A stretch of 46,889 bases of DNA from Nemertoderma westbladi (taxonomy: Eukaryota; Animalia; Xenacoelomorpha). The stretch is from the NCBI GenBank assembly GCA_032718475.1, contig JAUCBJ010002469.1, forward strand, positions 1-46,889, read 5' to 3'. The position numbers were made by a program, and so were the translations under genes. The notes under the pieces were generated by a model, which made no database searches, was not told the DNA's origin, and worked only from the letters and a program-made list of their open reading frames with translations. Numbering within the stretch: position 1 is the stretch's first letter; every line of letters begins with the position of its first letter. Positions 11,684 to 22,279 of this stretch are shown in pieces.

Positions 11684-11789
11684 TCGTCCAAGTTTTGGAC
11701 TGAGGGGGGTGAGATTGAGGGCGAGATGCCCTTCCCACACATAAAATATAAAAAAATAATAAATAAATAAAGAGAGAGAGAGAGTAAGT

Positions 11790-12380
11790 AGGCAGATGGA
11801 AGTTAGTTAGTTAAGTAGTTAGAAGGTACGTAGTACCGTTAGGAGTTAGTAGTTAGAAGGTATGTAGTACCATTAGGCAGATAGTAAGAGTTAGTAGTTA
11901 GAGGGTACATAGTACTGTTAGTTAGTTGGAGAGAGTTAGAGTTAGTAAGAGGGTACGTAGTACCGTTAGTTAGTTGGAGAGAGTTAGAGTTAGTAAGAGG
12001 GTATGTAGTACCGTTAGTTAGTTGGAGAGAGTTAGAGTTAGTAAGAGGGTACGTAGTACTGTTAGTTAGTTGGAGAGAGTTAGAGTTAGTAAGAGGGTAC
12101 GTAGTACCATTAGTTAGTTGGAGAGAGTTAGAGTTAGTAAGAGGGTACGTAGTACCGTTAGTTAGTTGGAGAGAGTAAGAGTTAGTAAAAGGGTATGTAG
12201 TATCGGTTAGTTAGTTAGTGGATTTAGAGGTTAGTAAGAGGGTACATAGTATCGGTTAGTAAGAGTTAGTGGAGTTAGAAGTTAGAGGGTACATAGTACC
12301 GGTTAGTAGAAGTTAGTTAAAAGTTAGTAAGAAGAGGGTACATAGTACCGGTTAGTGAGAGTTAGTGGTAGAAGGGTATA
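11790..12380 (+). repeat. 48-bp tandem array between pol and ORF2 in copy A
   Basis: Unit GAGTTAGTAAGAGGGTACGTAGTACCGTTAGTTAGTTGGAGAGAGTTA; the GGGTA core recurs at 11951, 11999 and 12047. About six good copies with degenerate flanks. Confidence 0.9.
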
Positions 12381-12860
12381 TATATAATGTAGATAATAGT
12401 TAGTAGTGAGCAGCGAGAGGAGGGCATATGAGTACAGCTGGATAAATCATGTAGGCCACGCGACACATACTGTTGTACTGCACAGGCCCACAGAGTGGGC
12501 CAGAATGTGGATTATGAAGTAGAGTAATACATCGGCGATAATAAGTAAGTAGTAACACAGTAGTACGATAGTAGCACAGTACGATTAAATTAAAATAAGA
12601 TAAGAATTAGAAAATTAGATAAATGATGGTAACAGTAGAAAGAAAATTCTGGAACATAATTAAAGTAACGGACAAAAATTGCAATTTAGGGTACAATTTA
12701 GCGCTTTTAGAAATTAAATAGGAAAAATTAGGCTATAACTCAAAATTAAGTAGGAAATAGGCCATTGTCGAACTGTACAGACCATCTTAAACTTATCACT
12801 CATCTGTACTGTGCCTTGGCAAGGCACCACCTTACAGGTGAGTGAGTGAGAGAGTTTGGA

Positions 12861-15428
12861 ATGGTGGGGAAACTGATCAGGAAGAGAAAGGCGGAGTCAG
12901 GAGGAAAGGAGATACTGGTGGATTTCACCAAGAGGCATCCGGAAGAGAAGACAAGGGGATACTATGAGCGGTTAGAGAGAGGTCATTAAGCGCAAGCGCT
13001 ACAAGACCATTTCAGGGAGGTGCACAAACAGTGGCTGGTCGGGACCTACGGGACGCCGTCGCTGGACAATGCAATCTTCGAGCATTTCCTCTACGTGATG
13101 AAATGAGATGAGGTGAAGTTCGGGATTCCGAAGTATGCGAGAGAGCCACCGAGGAAAAATTGGAAGAGGTTCGTAGAGTCCATCAGCAGAGAAGGATACA
13201 TGGTCCTAGACAATGAGGGGACCGTGGAAGACAAGGAGGGTTTGAGGAGAGGATTGGCGGGGTCGGCTAGAACCATACTCCTACATTTGGCTGCACCAAA
13301 TGGGGATATATTCCTATTCGTTCTAGGAACGTATGGAAAGAAGGACGGGCCAAAGTTGAACCGGTTGCCGAAGGCGGTGCAAACCCTAGTGAGAGAGAAG
13401 TCAACGACGAAAGTGGGATCGGCGATTCGCGACCACGCGGAGAGAATCATCGGTCCGGACACCCCCAACCTTCTGGATATGCAGACGGTCTATATGGCTA
13501 TGACAGCACTAGACGGGTTGGGACTAGTGGAGAACACAGGACATTGCGGGGCGGTAGCAATGGGCCAGCTAATGGGGCTCGTGTGTCACAAACCGATGGA
13601 TTGGAGCAAGTTCAGAGAGGAGTACGGAGCGGACTTGGAGAACTCGCTAAAGTGGGGAGTGAGGCCAGGGAGACAAGAGCTGTATCAATTCCGGAGAGGA
13701 GCGATAAAGGTATATCAGAATCGATATATCCTACAGGAGGACTGGATAATGATAGGTTTGCTTAACCTATTCATGACCGTGGTTATCGAGAGGGAACCAA
13801 CGGCATTCCTATTATCAGGATCACCCCTAAGATACAAAAAAGCCTTTAAGATGGCTTTCAAGGGTCTGGTAGACCACCCGGGGATGAAGGGCGAGTCGGT
13901 GTACTACAACAGCCGAAATCTGGTAGACGGGGAGGTAGATACGCCGTATCAGAGGTGGGAGCAGCTAGAGGCGGATAGACGAGAGGCAAAGCGATTGGAA
14001 GAAATCGCTAAAAAGGAGAGGAGGGAAGCAGAGGAAAGGGAGGAGGAAGCTAGGGCACAGAGCTATGGCTTTGAGGAACAGGCGGCCTTAGACAAACTAT
14101 GTTGGACATCGTCAGGGAGTTTGGGGGAGTCTCTAGGGCGAGAATTAGGATGGACGGTGGGATCACCGAAACAGTCGAAGTCGGGATTGCAGGCGACGCC
14201 CATACCAGCGGGCGCCGAGGGAAACCAGCCACTAAGGAGGCTAGGGGAGCTGGAAGGATGGAAAGTTACAGGCGAGAGCCAAGGCGGGAAGGGACACAGT
14301 GGGTCCACTGGGATACTGGGGTTGGAGCCACTGCCAGAGGAGGATGAGGACGATGACGAGTTCGGAGAGATGCTGCCCATCGGGAGGATCGGCCACTCGG
14401 ACACGGACTGGGTTGGCGGGAGGGTGGTGACGGCCAGTGGGGCGAGGGCCTTCTGGGATAAACCTGGCAAGCAGGCCTGGGTGCATGAGGAGCCGGCGAT
14501 GGATTTCGCGGGGAGCGCTATCAGGTTGGGCGAGCAACCGGGGACGGCACCACGGGAAGTATTCGGAGAGACAATGCCCGGGAGGGGCAAGGAGATCGAT
14601 GTAGACAGGGACGCTAACGTCCGGAAGTTTGCTTACCAGCGACTCCACAGACCACGGAGATCGCTTGGGACGAAAGACGGCGTGGGGCGGGAGACATTGG
14701 TGCTCGGCTGTGACTACTGTGGGAGACAGACCCACCAGGAAAGGAGATGTTTGTACCGGTTTCAGAAAGGGACTAGTTGTCTCTACTGCCGCGAGTCGAG
14801 CCACAGGAGGGGGGCGTGTCCACGGTTGCACAACCGGTGTTCGAAGTGCAACTTTTGGGGACACTACGGATGCCAGTGCGACTGGATGGACGACAAAGAG
14901 AAGTTTAGGATCTTTGAGGAGTGGGCCGACATCTGGGCCATGACTCGGCAACGCATGAAGGCCCAGGAGTTCCAGTGGGGCTTCTTTAACATCAACCAGG
15001 AGGCCCACATGGAGATTATCAAACGGAGGCTTCCATTTACCTACCAGGAAGTGGCGACGGCAGCGTCGTATGCCGGAGTGATAAATACGCAGAGGTATTT
15101 GGACAGGTGGATGCCACAGAACAGAGGAGAGTTCAGGGATTTCTTGGCGGAGCATGTGCCGCGGGCGATGAAAGTGATCCTATGGGACGCCACCAGGGGG
15201 AGACAACAGGGCTATTCGGAGGGGACACCCACGAAGCGATACCGGGAGCTAATAACACCGGCGCCCAAGGAGTCGACGACCGGGATTAGTAAAGAGGTGA
15301 TGGCGAGGGTCAGGAGCCTAAAGGGCGATAAGACCAAAGGAGCGGCAGCAACCAGGAAACGACCGAGGGAGGAGGACGACAGAGGGAAAGAGTTGAGGTG
15401 GTTCCCGAAGTCAGGTGGAACGAACTAA
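12861..15428 (+). CDS. Accessory ORF2 of copy A: DEDDy-like 3'-5' exonuclease domain, coiled coil and three CCHC zinc knuckles
   Basis: A 771-codon open frame at 13113-15428, with an in-frame ATG at 12861 separated from it by two stops. Motifs VLDNEG, LLHLA..G.IFLF, LPKAV..LV......KVGSAIRD, LLDMQ and YQNRYILQED; three CX2CX4HX4C knuckles at 14709-14879; basic RKRK at the N-terminus and RKRPR near the C-terminus. Confidence 0.8.
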
Positions 15429-16086
15429 GACATCCATGTGATATGCCTGGAAGGCACCACGTGATACGTGCGAACTCCTAAGTACGAATTCAAGTAATTT
15501 AAATAATTGAAAAGTGCAATTAGTATGTACGTACATAGTAATCATTATTAGTTTAGCAAGTAAATACAATCAAAGTAAGTACTATAGTCATACAACCTTT
15601 TCTCAATTAGCTACTGGGACTGGGGACCAATAGACTATAATACTATCGCGGACAAGGCACTGGACGACATCACACTTCTTGAGTGCGACGGCACAGGAGG
15701 GGGGTGAAACAGGTCGGGAGTGAGTGGGTGAGATAGGGGTTGAGTTGTAGTGCGGAGAGAGTGCGGGTGCAATTCAAGTGTGGGGGGGGGGGGCGAATAA
15801 GAGGCTGAGTGAGGGACAGGGAAGTCCGAGAGTTAGAGCGGAAGTGAGGAGAAGTAGAGGAGAGTCAGGGTGAGAACAGAGTGGAGTTGGAGTGGCAAAA
15901 GTGTTGGGAAAAAAAAAGTCGTGTGAGAGGAGCGCACGATCGGCTCGACACGGGATGCCAGGTAAACAGGGTAGCGATATCATACCCATAGGGGGCGGTC
16001 TGGAAAGCCGGCTCCGAGTAAAATAGATCCACCCCACACTCGATGGTAGATCGAGATCCAGCGGAATTGTAGCGCACTAGAGGTGG

Positions 16087-16123
16087 ATGCTATCTTCTCA
16101 CCGGGAAGATAGCATGGGGGGAG
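16087..16123 (+). promoter_or_regulatory. Hairpin plus polypurine tract of copy A
   Basis: ATGCTATCTTC-TCACCGG-GAAGATAGCAT followed by GGGGGGAG directly abutting the LTR TG. The same arrangement occurs in copy C at ~42964-43001. Confidence 0.85.
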
Positions 16124-16703
16124 TGTTAGCGTATTCAATTCCGCTAACCAGGCCCACACAAAGTTGGTTTTAAGCAATATTGGGAGCACGAGGTTGATTA
16201 CCAATCAACCTCGTGTCACCCCAATAAGCGGGGACAACAGGCCCCAAGGGAACACACACAGCAGGGGTCAGAGGTTACACCTCCGGGAGGGAGAGAGAGA
16301 CAGCAGCGGGGGGGAAGCACTCCCAGGGAGATGGGAGGGTGAGAACTGAGTTATTCGCCAATGGGGGTAAGGCATCCGCTGAGTAATGTAACACGGCCAA
16401 TCAGTGCAATATATTACCGGTTCTTGTGCCAATTTCATTCACTTAGTCAGTCAGTTTTAGTTAGGGTAGAACGGGAACTCTTATTACCGTTCACTGCCGT
16501 CATCCATAATTCAGCTTTACCGGTACAATTATATTCTACAATCGTGCTTATACTTCACTTGTTAATTCTACATTTTATATATATCATCTTACAACAAAGT
16601 CGGAATAATTATCAACAATCTAGAACTCTTTTCATACACATACGGCGGGGAACGCGTAAGTCTGATAACCGGATAAACTGGGATCCTTGGTGGATCCCGT
16701 ACA
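16124..16703 (+). repeat. 3' LTR of copy A
   Basis: Direct repeat of 4109-4686; ends GGATCCCGTACA, one base shorter than the 5' copy. Confidence 0.93.
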
Positions 16704-17330
16704 CCAAATATTACCTACATACAAGCTAGTTTTTGATAATTTATTTTTCGAAATGTTCCAGAACATGTTAGCTAATTATTTTGAAAAAATTAACGTTCTA
16801 GAATAAATAATTTATTAATGGTGTAGTACAAATATTATATTAATTTTCTAGAACAAATATTATATTAATGTTCTAGACCTAATATTATATTAATGTACTT
16901 GAAAAAATATTTTTTGTACATTTTTAGACAGAAGACTGGTTTGTATTTAAAAAGCATCGATTTGGTTCTAAAACGTGTCAAAAATCAAAAATAATTTTCA
17001 AATTTTTCCATTTTCAAAATTAATTTAATTACGGTTGTTTTATAACTTCTGGATCTCGTCTTTATAGTAGTAAATTATTTTCATGTTTGTTTGTTGCCTG
17101 GAACTCTAGCCGGCATTGGTACACCGTGGTACTAATAGTTTGATCTATTATTTTCATATCAAAAAGGCTTTTATCATAAGGTTTTTTTTCTATAACAAAT
17201 AAATGACGTACTGACAGTAGGTTGGTAGCTGATAATTTTGATTTTGTGTCATAGCTATGTAGTCCTATTTTTAGCTAGAGAAAAATATTTATTTTAGATA
17301 GTTTTTTTTATAATTTTTTCTTGCGAAAAT

Positions 17331-18036
17331 GGGCACCGGTATAATCATGAGTTTATGGCACTGTTTCGATAGGCACGACTACATTCTGTGTACCCATGAC
17401 CATATTTTTTTTACTTAAGCTAGTTTTTGCTACTTTTTTTTAAAACTATTCTATTTCATGTTAGCTATTGTTAGGTAAAAAAATATGTTCTATTGATTTT
17501 GTAGATATTGATTTTCCAAGTTTAGCTATCATTAAAACAAATTAAAAATTTCAGAAATTATTTGTAATGGGTAATAAATTGTTTAATTATCTTTCTATAA
17601 ACATTAATAGCTACTAATTTTCAGGCTAGCTAGTGATTTTGCAAGTTTATTATTTACTATTATTAAAAAAAACAATTTATTACTCATAACAAATAATTCT
17701 AGAAAAATTATTATTTTTTAAATGATAGCTAAACTTGCAAAATCACTACTGTAGCTAGCCTGAAAAGAAATAGTAGCTACTAACGTTTACAGATAAATAA
17801 ACAATTTATTACAAACATAACTTTAAAATTAACAATCAAACATAAAATTCTAACAAATAGTTTCTATTAAATTTATTTTTTTTAATTGTTCTAGAACAAA
17901 AAATATTTGTTCTAGAACATTTTTTTTTTATAAAACTATAGCTAATATGACATAGAACATTAAAAAAAGAAAAACTAGCAAAAACTAGCTACTACAAAAA
18001 AATATGATTCGATATATGGTTCGATATGGGTCACCC
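17331..18036. mobile_element. AT-rich foldback/MITE-like element
   Basis: GGG...CCC ends with AAT on both sides. Internal inverted repeats include AAGTTTAGCTATCATT/AATGATAGCTAAACTT. The end TGGTTCGATATGGGTCACCC matches the reverse complement of 45887-45906 with one mismatch. Confidence 0.4.
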
Positions 18037-19089
18037 AATTGCGAAATTTTACAAACTCACCTATAAAATATATAATAATATATATATAATACTATATGTA
18101 TTATATACTTACTATATATGTATTATATACTATATATATACATTATATATTATATCTGTCTCTTTGTCGGTCTAATCTTTGAAAGCTTATTTCTCAGAAA
18201 CTCCCAACTTTATTCTTAAACTAAATCGTTGTAGGACTGATATATGGAAAAGTTTAGAAAGTTTACACACAGTCAGAATTTTGTAGTTCGGTGGCTAGGG
18301 GACTACAGTACATGTTTAATATTAAATGCTGAAATGACATCCCATTTCATAATTTTTAATCTGTCCAAGCTGAAACCATGGCAGACTTGAACTAGACCAT
18401 ATCCGTCATGTGTCTTTCAAAGGAGGCAATAATCCGCCTGCAGTTCTCCAGTTTGCCACTAAAGGGTAAAATATATGATAGTGAAATTATTCTCTCACAT
18501 TGTCATTTATAATACGTTGAAGATGAAACTAGAAGATGATACAGCCTGCACCTTTGTGAGGATGGTAATTGTTTCGTCTACCGTTAGAGAGCAAAATAAC
18601 TAAAAGTATAAAGCTTCTCTGTTCGTGCTTTTAGACCTTTAAAAGGGCAGCACACCGCTATCTATCCCGACAAGTGTCGCGAAGTAAAAATACCAAATGT
18701 TTGGGTACCTGTATCTTCATTTCTATTAGTCATAGTGTACTGTAATTTTCTACACTGTTTTGGTCAAAGTAGAGGTACTAGAATGAATGTGTGTCAGGTT
18801 AATGATGAAGATAGATGACTTGCCAAAGCAATACAGAAGTAGCATATTCAAACAAAGTTGACTTCTGAATCCCAATGGAACCATTCTAGTACCACATTTA
18901 ATATGACAAACTGTGGTGCTGCTCTGAAAATTTCAAGAAAAAAGCTCAAACAGAAGCCGAGATAAAGGAACATTGGTATTTGCTTTAATGCGGAAAGTAT
19001 ATTTTCCGTAAATCACATTTTAAATCAAATGATTGAAAGATTACACAGATCGGTACATAATCAGTCAGTGTTAAGAGTTAAAACTATCA

Positions 19090-20897
19090 GAATATCAACA
19101 TACAGTCATTATAAATATGAGGAAGATATTAGAATGCTCCTGGAGCATATTCCTCACCAGAAGAGTCCTCATCTCTGGGTCTCTTCTTTGTTCAAATGCA
19201 AGCAGTTCTCTGAAGACAATCTCGATTGGAACGCTTGATCCGGATATCATCCAGTTGTTGCAATCCATTCACAGAATATTGTCCTGCATATATTCCGAGT
19301 TTCTCTAGAACTTTGAATCTTGATATATTTCCAGAGTTAAAGCATGATATAGCATCATATGTCCCAAGCTCAAGAGTTTTATATCCAACAAATACCCGCT
19401 TGGGGCAACAAACCCAGATTGAGTTATTGACACTCTCATTACAATTTTGAGTTTGCCCATGTAAGCACTTCCTCAAAAGATTCAAGTTTGATAGATCTCT
19501 GAAAATTGGTCGAATCTCATCCATAATTGCAATTGGAAGTGAATGTTTATGATTATAAGCTTCTCCAGCAATGAGGGATTTGTTGTATCCACACCAGGTG
19601 TTATCCTCTTTGGGGCATAATCCATGTTGGGGATTCTCATTTGTGGACATCTTATGGAAACGGATTGCTTGGACAGCACAATGCATTGCTTGAAGATCAT
19701 GGGTATTTCGTCTAATTGCCATCCCATAGTAGAGTTGGAGAGAGTTTATGGTATTGTCTGTAAGCCGGTTTCTTCCTCCTATTGTTTTACTATCAGATAA
19801 TTTCTTACCCTTGAGAGAGGTCTTTTAGACGCCGCAGTCTACATCCCATCCTTTTCTGTACATGCCCAATGCATTATAATTTGGTTATTGAGCAATCACT
19901 TCCATATGGTTGACTATTGGTCACCGTAGAAAACGAACTACTATCTCCATAACCAAGATATTTTGTATATCTAACACCATACATATCCACAGAGCGATTG
20001 AACATCATCTTGGCACCTACAACCTCCATTCCACCGCTTGTACCTTCATAGTTTTTGATGCAGATCTCCTTGTGTGCATCTTTCACACTTTGAGGCTGAG
20101 ACTGAATCTTGATGCAACCATGGCAGAATTTAGAGACACATGCACATCTGTGACCTTACCAGTATCCATTGATGTCATTGTTACAACTCCATTGAGAGAC
20201 TTATGTCCTCGACGTTGCCAACTACCATCAACACATACAGCAATATCAGTGGCATTATCATTGGCATTTACTGAAACAGTTTCCAATCAAGCATCCTTCA
20301 TAGTTTCTTTAGCTACTGCTTTGACTGCTGGCAGAATTACATCATAGGTTCTTTCAAAATGCTGAATGGGAGATTGTATACCCATTATTGCAGCAAATGT
20401 TTTAGCTCCTTGGACCTCATTCCATATGCAAAACGAAGATTGCTCTCATAGTGTGTCCTGCCCTTCTTGTTTGTGGATACTTTTGCCGGAGGTGATGAGT
20501 CAAATGGTACATAATTGAAACAAGAATGGCATTTCAATTGGAAGTTTGAAGCCAGTCCACACTGTATTTGTTTTTCAATTGTGATATTTGAACCATGGCA
20601 ATGTTGACAGCAAACAATTTCAGAAAGAGCAATATTCAATAATTCTATGTCCATAAGTTCAAACCCATCCCTAGATGAACTGTAGTCAGGAAATCCTAGA
20701 GTTCCAGGAACAGCAGCTATCTTTCTACTAGAAGCTGATTGTCGCTTATTAGTACCAGTTGTTTCAATAGGGACAACTTTTGCATTGCTTTCAGTGGCAG
20801 AACTACTGCACTGAGCACTACTGCCGGTACTGACTGCTGGCTTGTAACGGTTTCCTCTGAAACGCCGTTTCTTCATAAAGCTTGAACATCGGGGCAT
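19090..20897 (-). pseudogene. DDE transposase pseudogene (Kolobok-type; often labelled Mutator-like)
   Basis: Fragments CQHCHG..CHSC, VCVDGSWQRRGHKSLNG, GTSGGME, YTKYLG(Y)GDSSSF, CIGHVQKRMG, YYGMAIRRN, HGLCP....WCGY and TQNCNESVNNSIW..PK, broken by frameshifts and stops. Confidence 0.85.
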
Positions 20898-21779
20898 CTT
20901 CAAGCAGGTACGGACCAAGGTGTGTAAGTACCATGTAGTAAAAAACAATCAATAAATTATATCACAGAAAATAGTTGGATAGTAGTCATATATTATAGTT
21001 ATCTAAAAGCTTATAGGCCTACTTGTAAATATTTTCTGTTTTTTTTATGGCAGTATGGATATCATTGGGTACCTACTCCTACAACCATATTATACTAATA
21101 TAGGCCTATAATTTACAAAATCAAAACTTCTGCTACAAGGTACAAATGTATGAAGATGTATGTGTTTTTCAGATAGGCAGTCAAACTATAGGAGAGTACC
21201 GGTACCTCAAACCCTCAAAAAGTGTGTAGGCCTATATGATATTGTGATAGCAGCTTTAGGCCCTGTTTGTAAGCAGAATATAACATTGATTGATGACAGA
21301 CACATACATATAATATATAATGTTTTATAAGATCTTCAGACTCTTCAAAGAAAGTTGTCAAGTAGCGAAGCGATTGAAACAAGACAGTAACAATGTCACA
21401 CATTAGACTGAAAATTTTACTAAAAATAACGGCAGTGATTTTTTATGTCCTTTTATTTGACTTTTTTTGTCCTTTTTTTTACGAATTATGCATAATGACT
21501 TTTGTTGTTTTCTTAATGACTTTTATTGTCCTTTTAATGACTTTTTATGTATGTATTTCTTCAAACTGTCAGACTGCTGATTTCTGGACTGTCAGACAGT
21601 TGATTTCACTATGCCTGTGCCAAAACATTCCATGATTCCATGATTTATAGACTATGAGATAGATTTCCATATGCGCCTGTGGCCTGTGGTATTTAATAGT
21701 TTGTGGTTGTTGTCGATGATCGATTACCACATGACGTAGCAAAACACTCATTTCATAGCCAAAAACAATTACCAATTGA

Positions 21780-22279
21780 TGGAAAGGAGCTGGTTAAGGC
21801 CGAGTTTTCTAACCAAAACAATAAACAGTCACTTTTCCAAATCAGGAAAAGGAGCAGGTTACAAAGACGGGATTTTCTAACCAAAACAATAAACGATCAC
21901 TTAACTAATTGAGGGAAAGGAGCAGGTTACAGATGCGGAATTTTCTAACCAAAACAATAAACGATCACTTAACTTATTGAGGGAAAGGAGCAGGTTACAG
22001 AGGCGGGATATTCTAACCAAAACAATAAACGATCATTTGACTAATTGAGGGAAAGGGACAGGTTACAGAGGCGGAATTTTCTAACCAAAACAATAAACGA
22101 TCATTTAACTAATTGAGGGAAAGGGGCAGGTTACAGAGGCGGGATTTTCTAACCAAAACAATAAACGATCATTTTACCAATTGAGAGAAAGGAGCAGGTT
22201 ACAGAGGCGGGATTTTCTAACCAAAACAATAAACGATCCTTTAACTAATTGAGGGAAAGGGGCAGGTTACAGAGGCGGG
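21780..22279 (+). repeat. 68-bp tandem array (~7 copies) inside the Kolobok-type element
   Basis: Unit TTTTCTAACCAAAACAATAAACGATCATTTAACTAATTGAGGGAAAGGGGCAGGTTACAGAGGCGGGA. Confidence 0.9.

Larger units (their letters stand above)
4109..16703 (+). mobile_element. BEL/Pao LTR retrotransposon copy A: gag-pol lacking integrase core, plus extra ORF2
   Basis: Paired ~580-bp TG...CA LTRs, Pao-type gag/protease/RT/RNase H motifs and a PPT before the 3' LTR. No matching TSD seen. Confidence 0.95.

Noticed and set aside
11790-12380. CRISPR array (also considered for 21780-22279)
   Set aside because: The units are head-to-tail with no unique spacers, there are no cas genes, and the context is eukaryotic transposon DNA.
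12828-12845. Splice site CTTACAG/GTGAGT before ORF2
   Set aside because: The acceptor AG is not kept in copy C (CTATTGGGTGAGT), and hairpin pairing explains the conservation. Splicing is not excluded without RNA data.
14241-15155. Long antisense ORFs (304 aa here; also 9401-10006, 34750-35412, 38919-39596)
   Set aside because: These are shadows of purine-rich sense coding sequence, with no motifs and often non-ATG starts.
13113-15428. ORF2 as an envelope glycoprotein, or as a second Gag
   Set aside because: No signal peptide, convincing membrane anchor or capsid-like motifs were seen. The N-terminus fits a DEDD exonuclease pattern and has basic NLS-like motifs.
16700-16712. Target-site duplication for copy A
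   Set aside because: The left flank CTCCG does not match the right flank CCAAA; the right junction may be rearranged.
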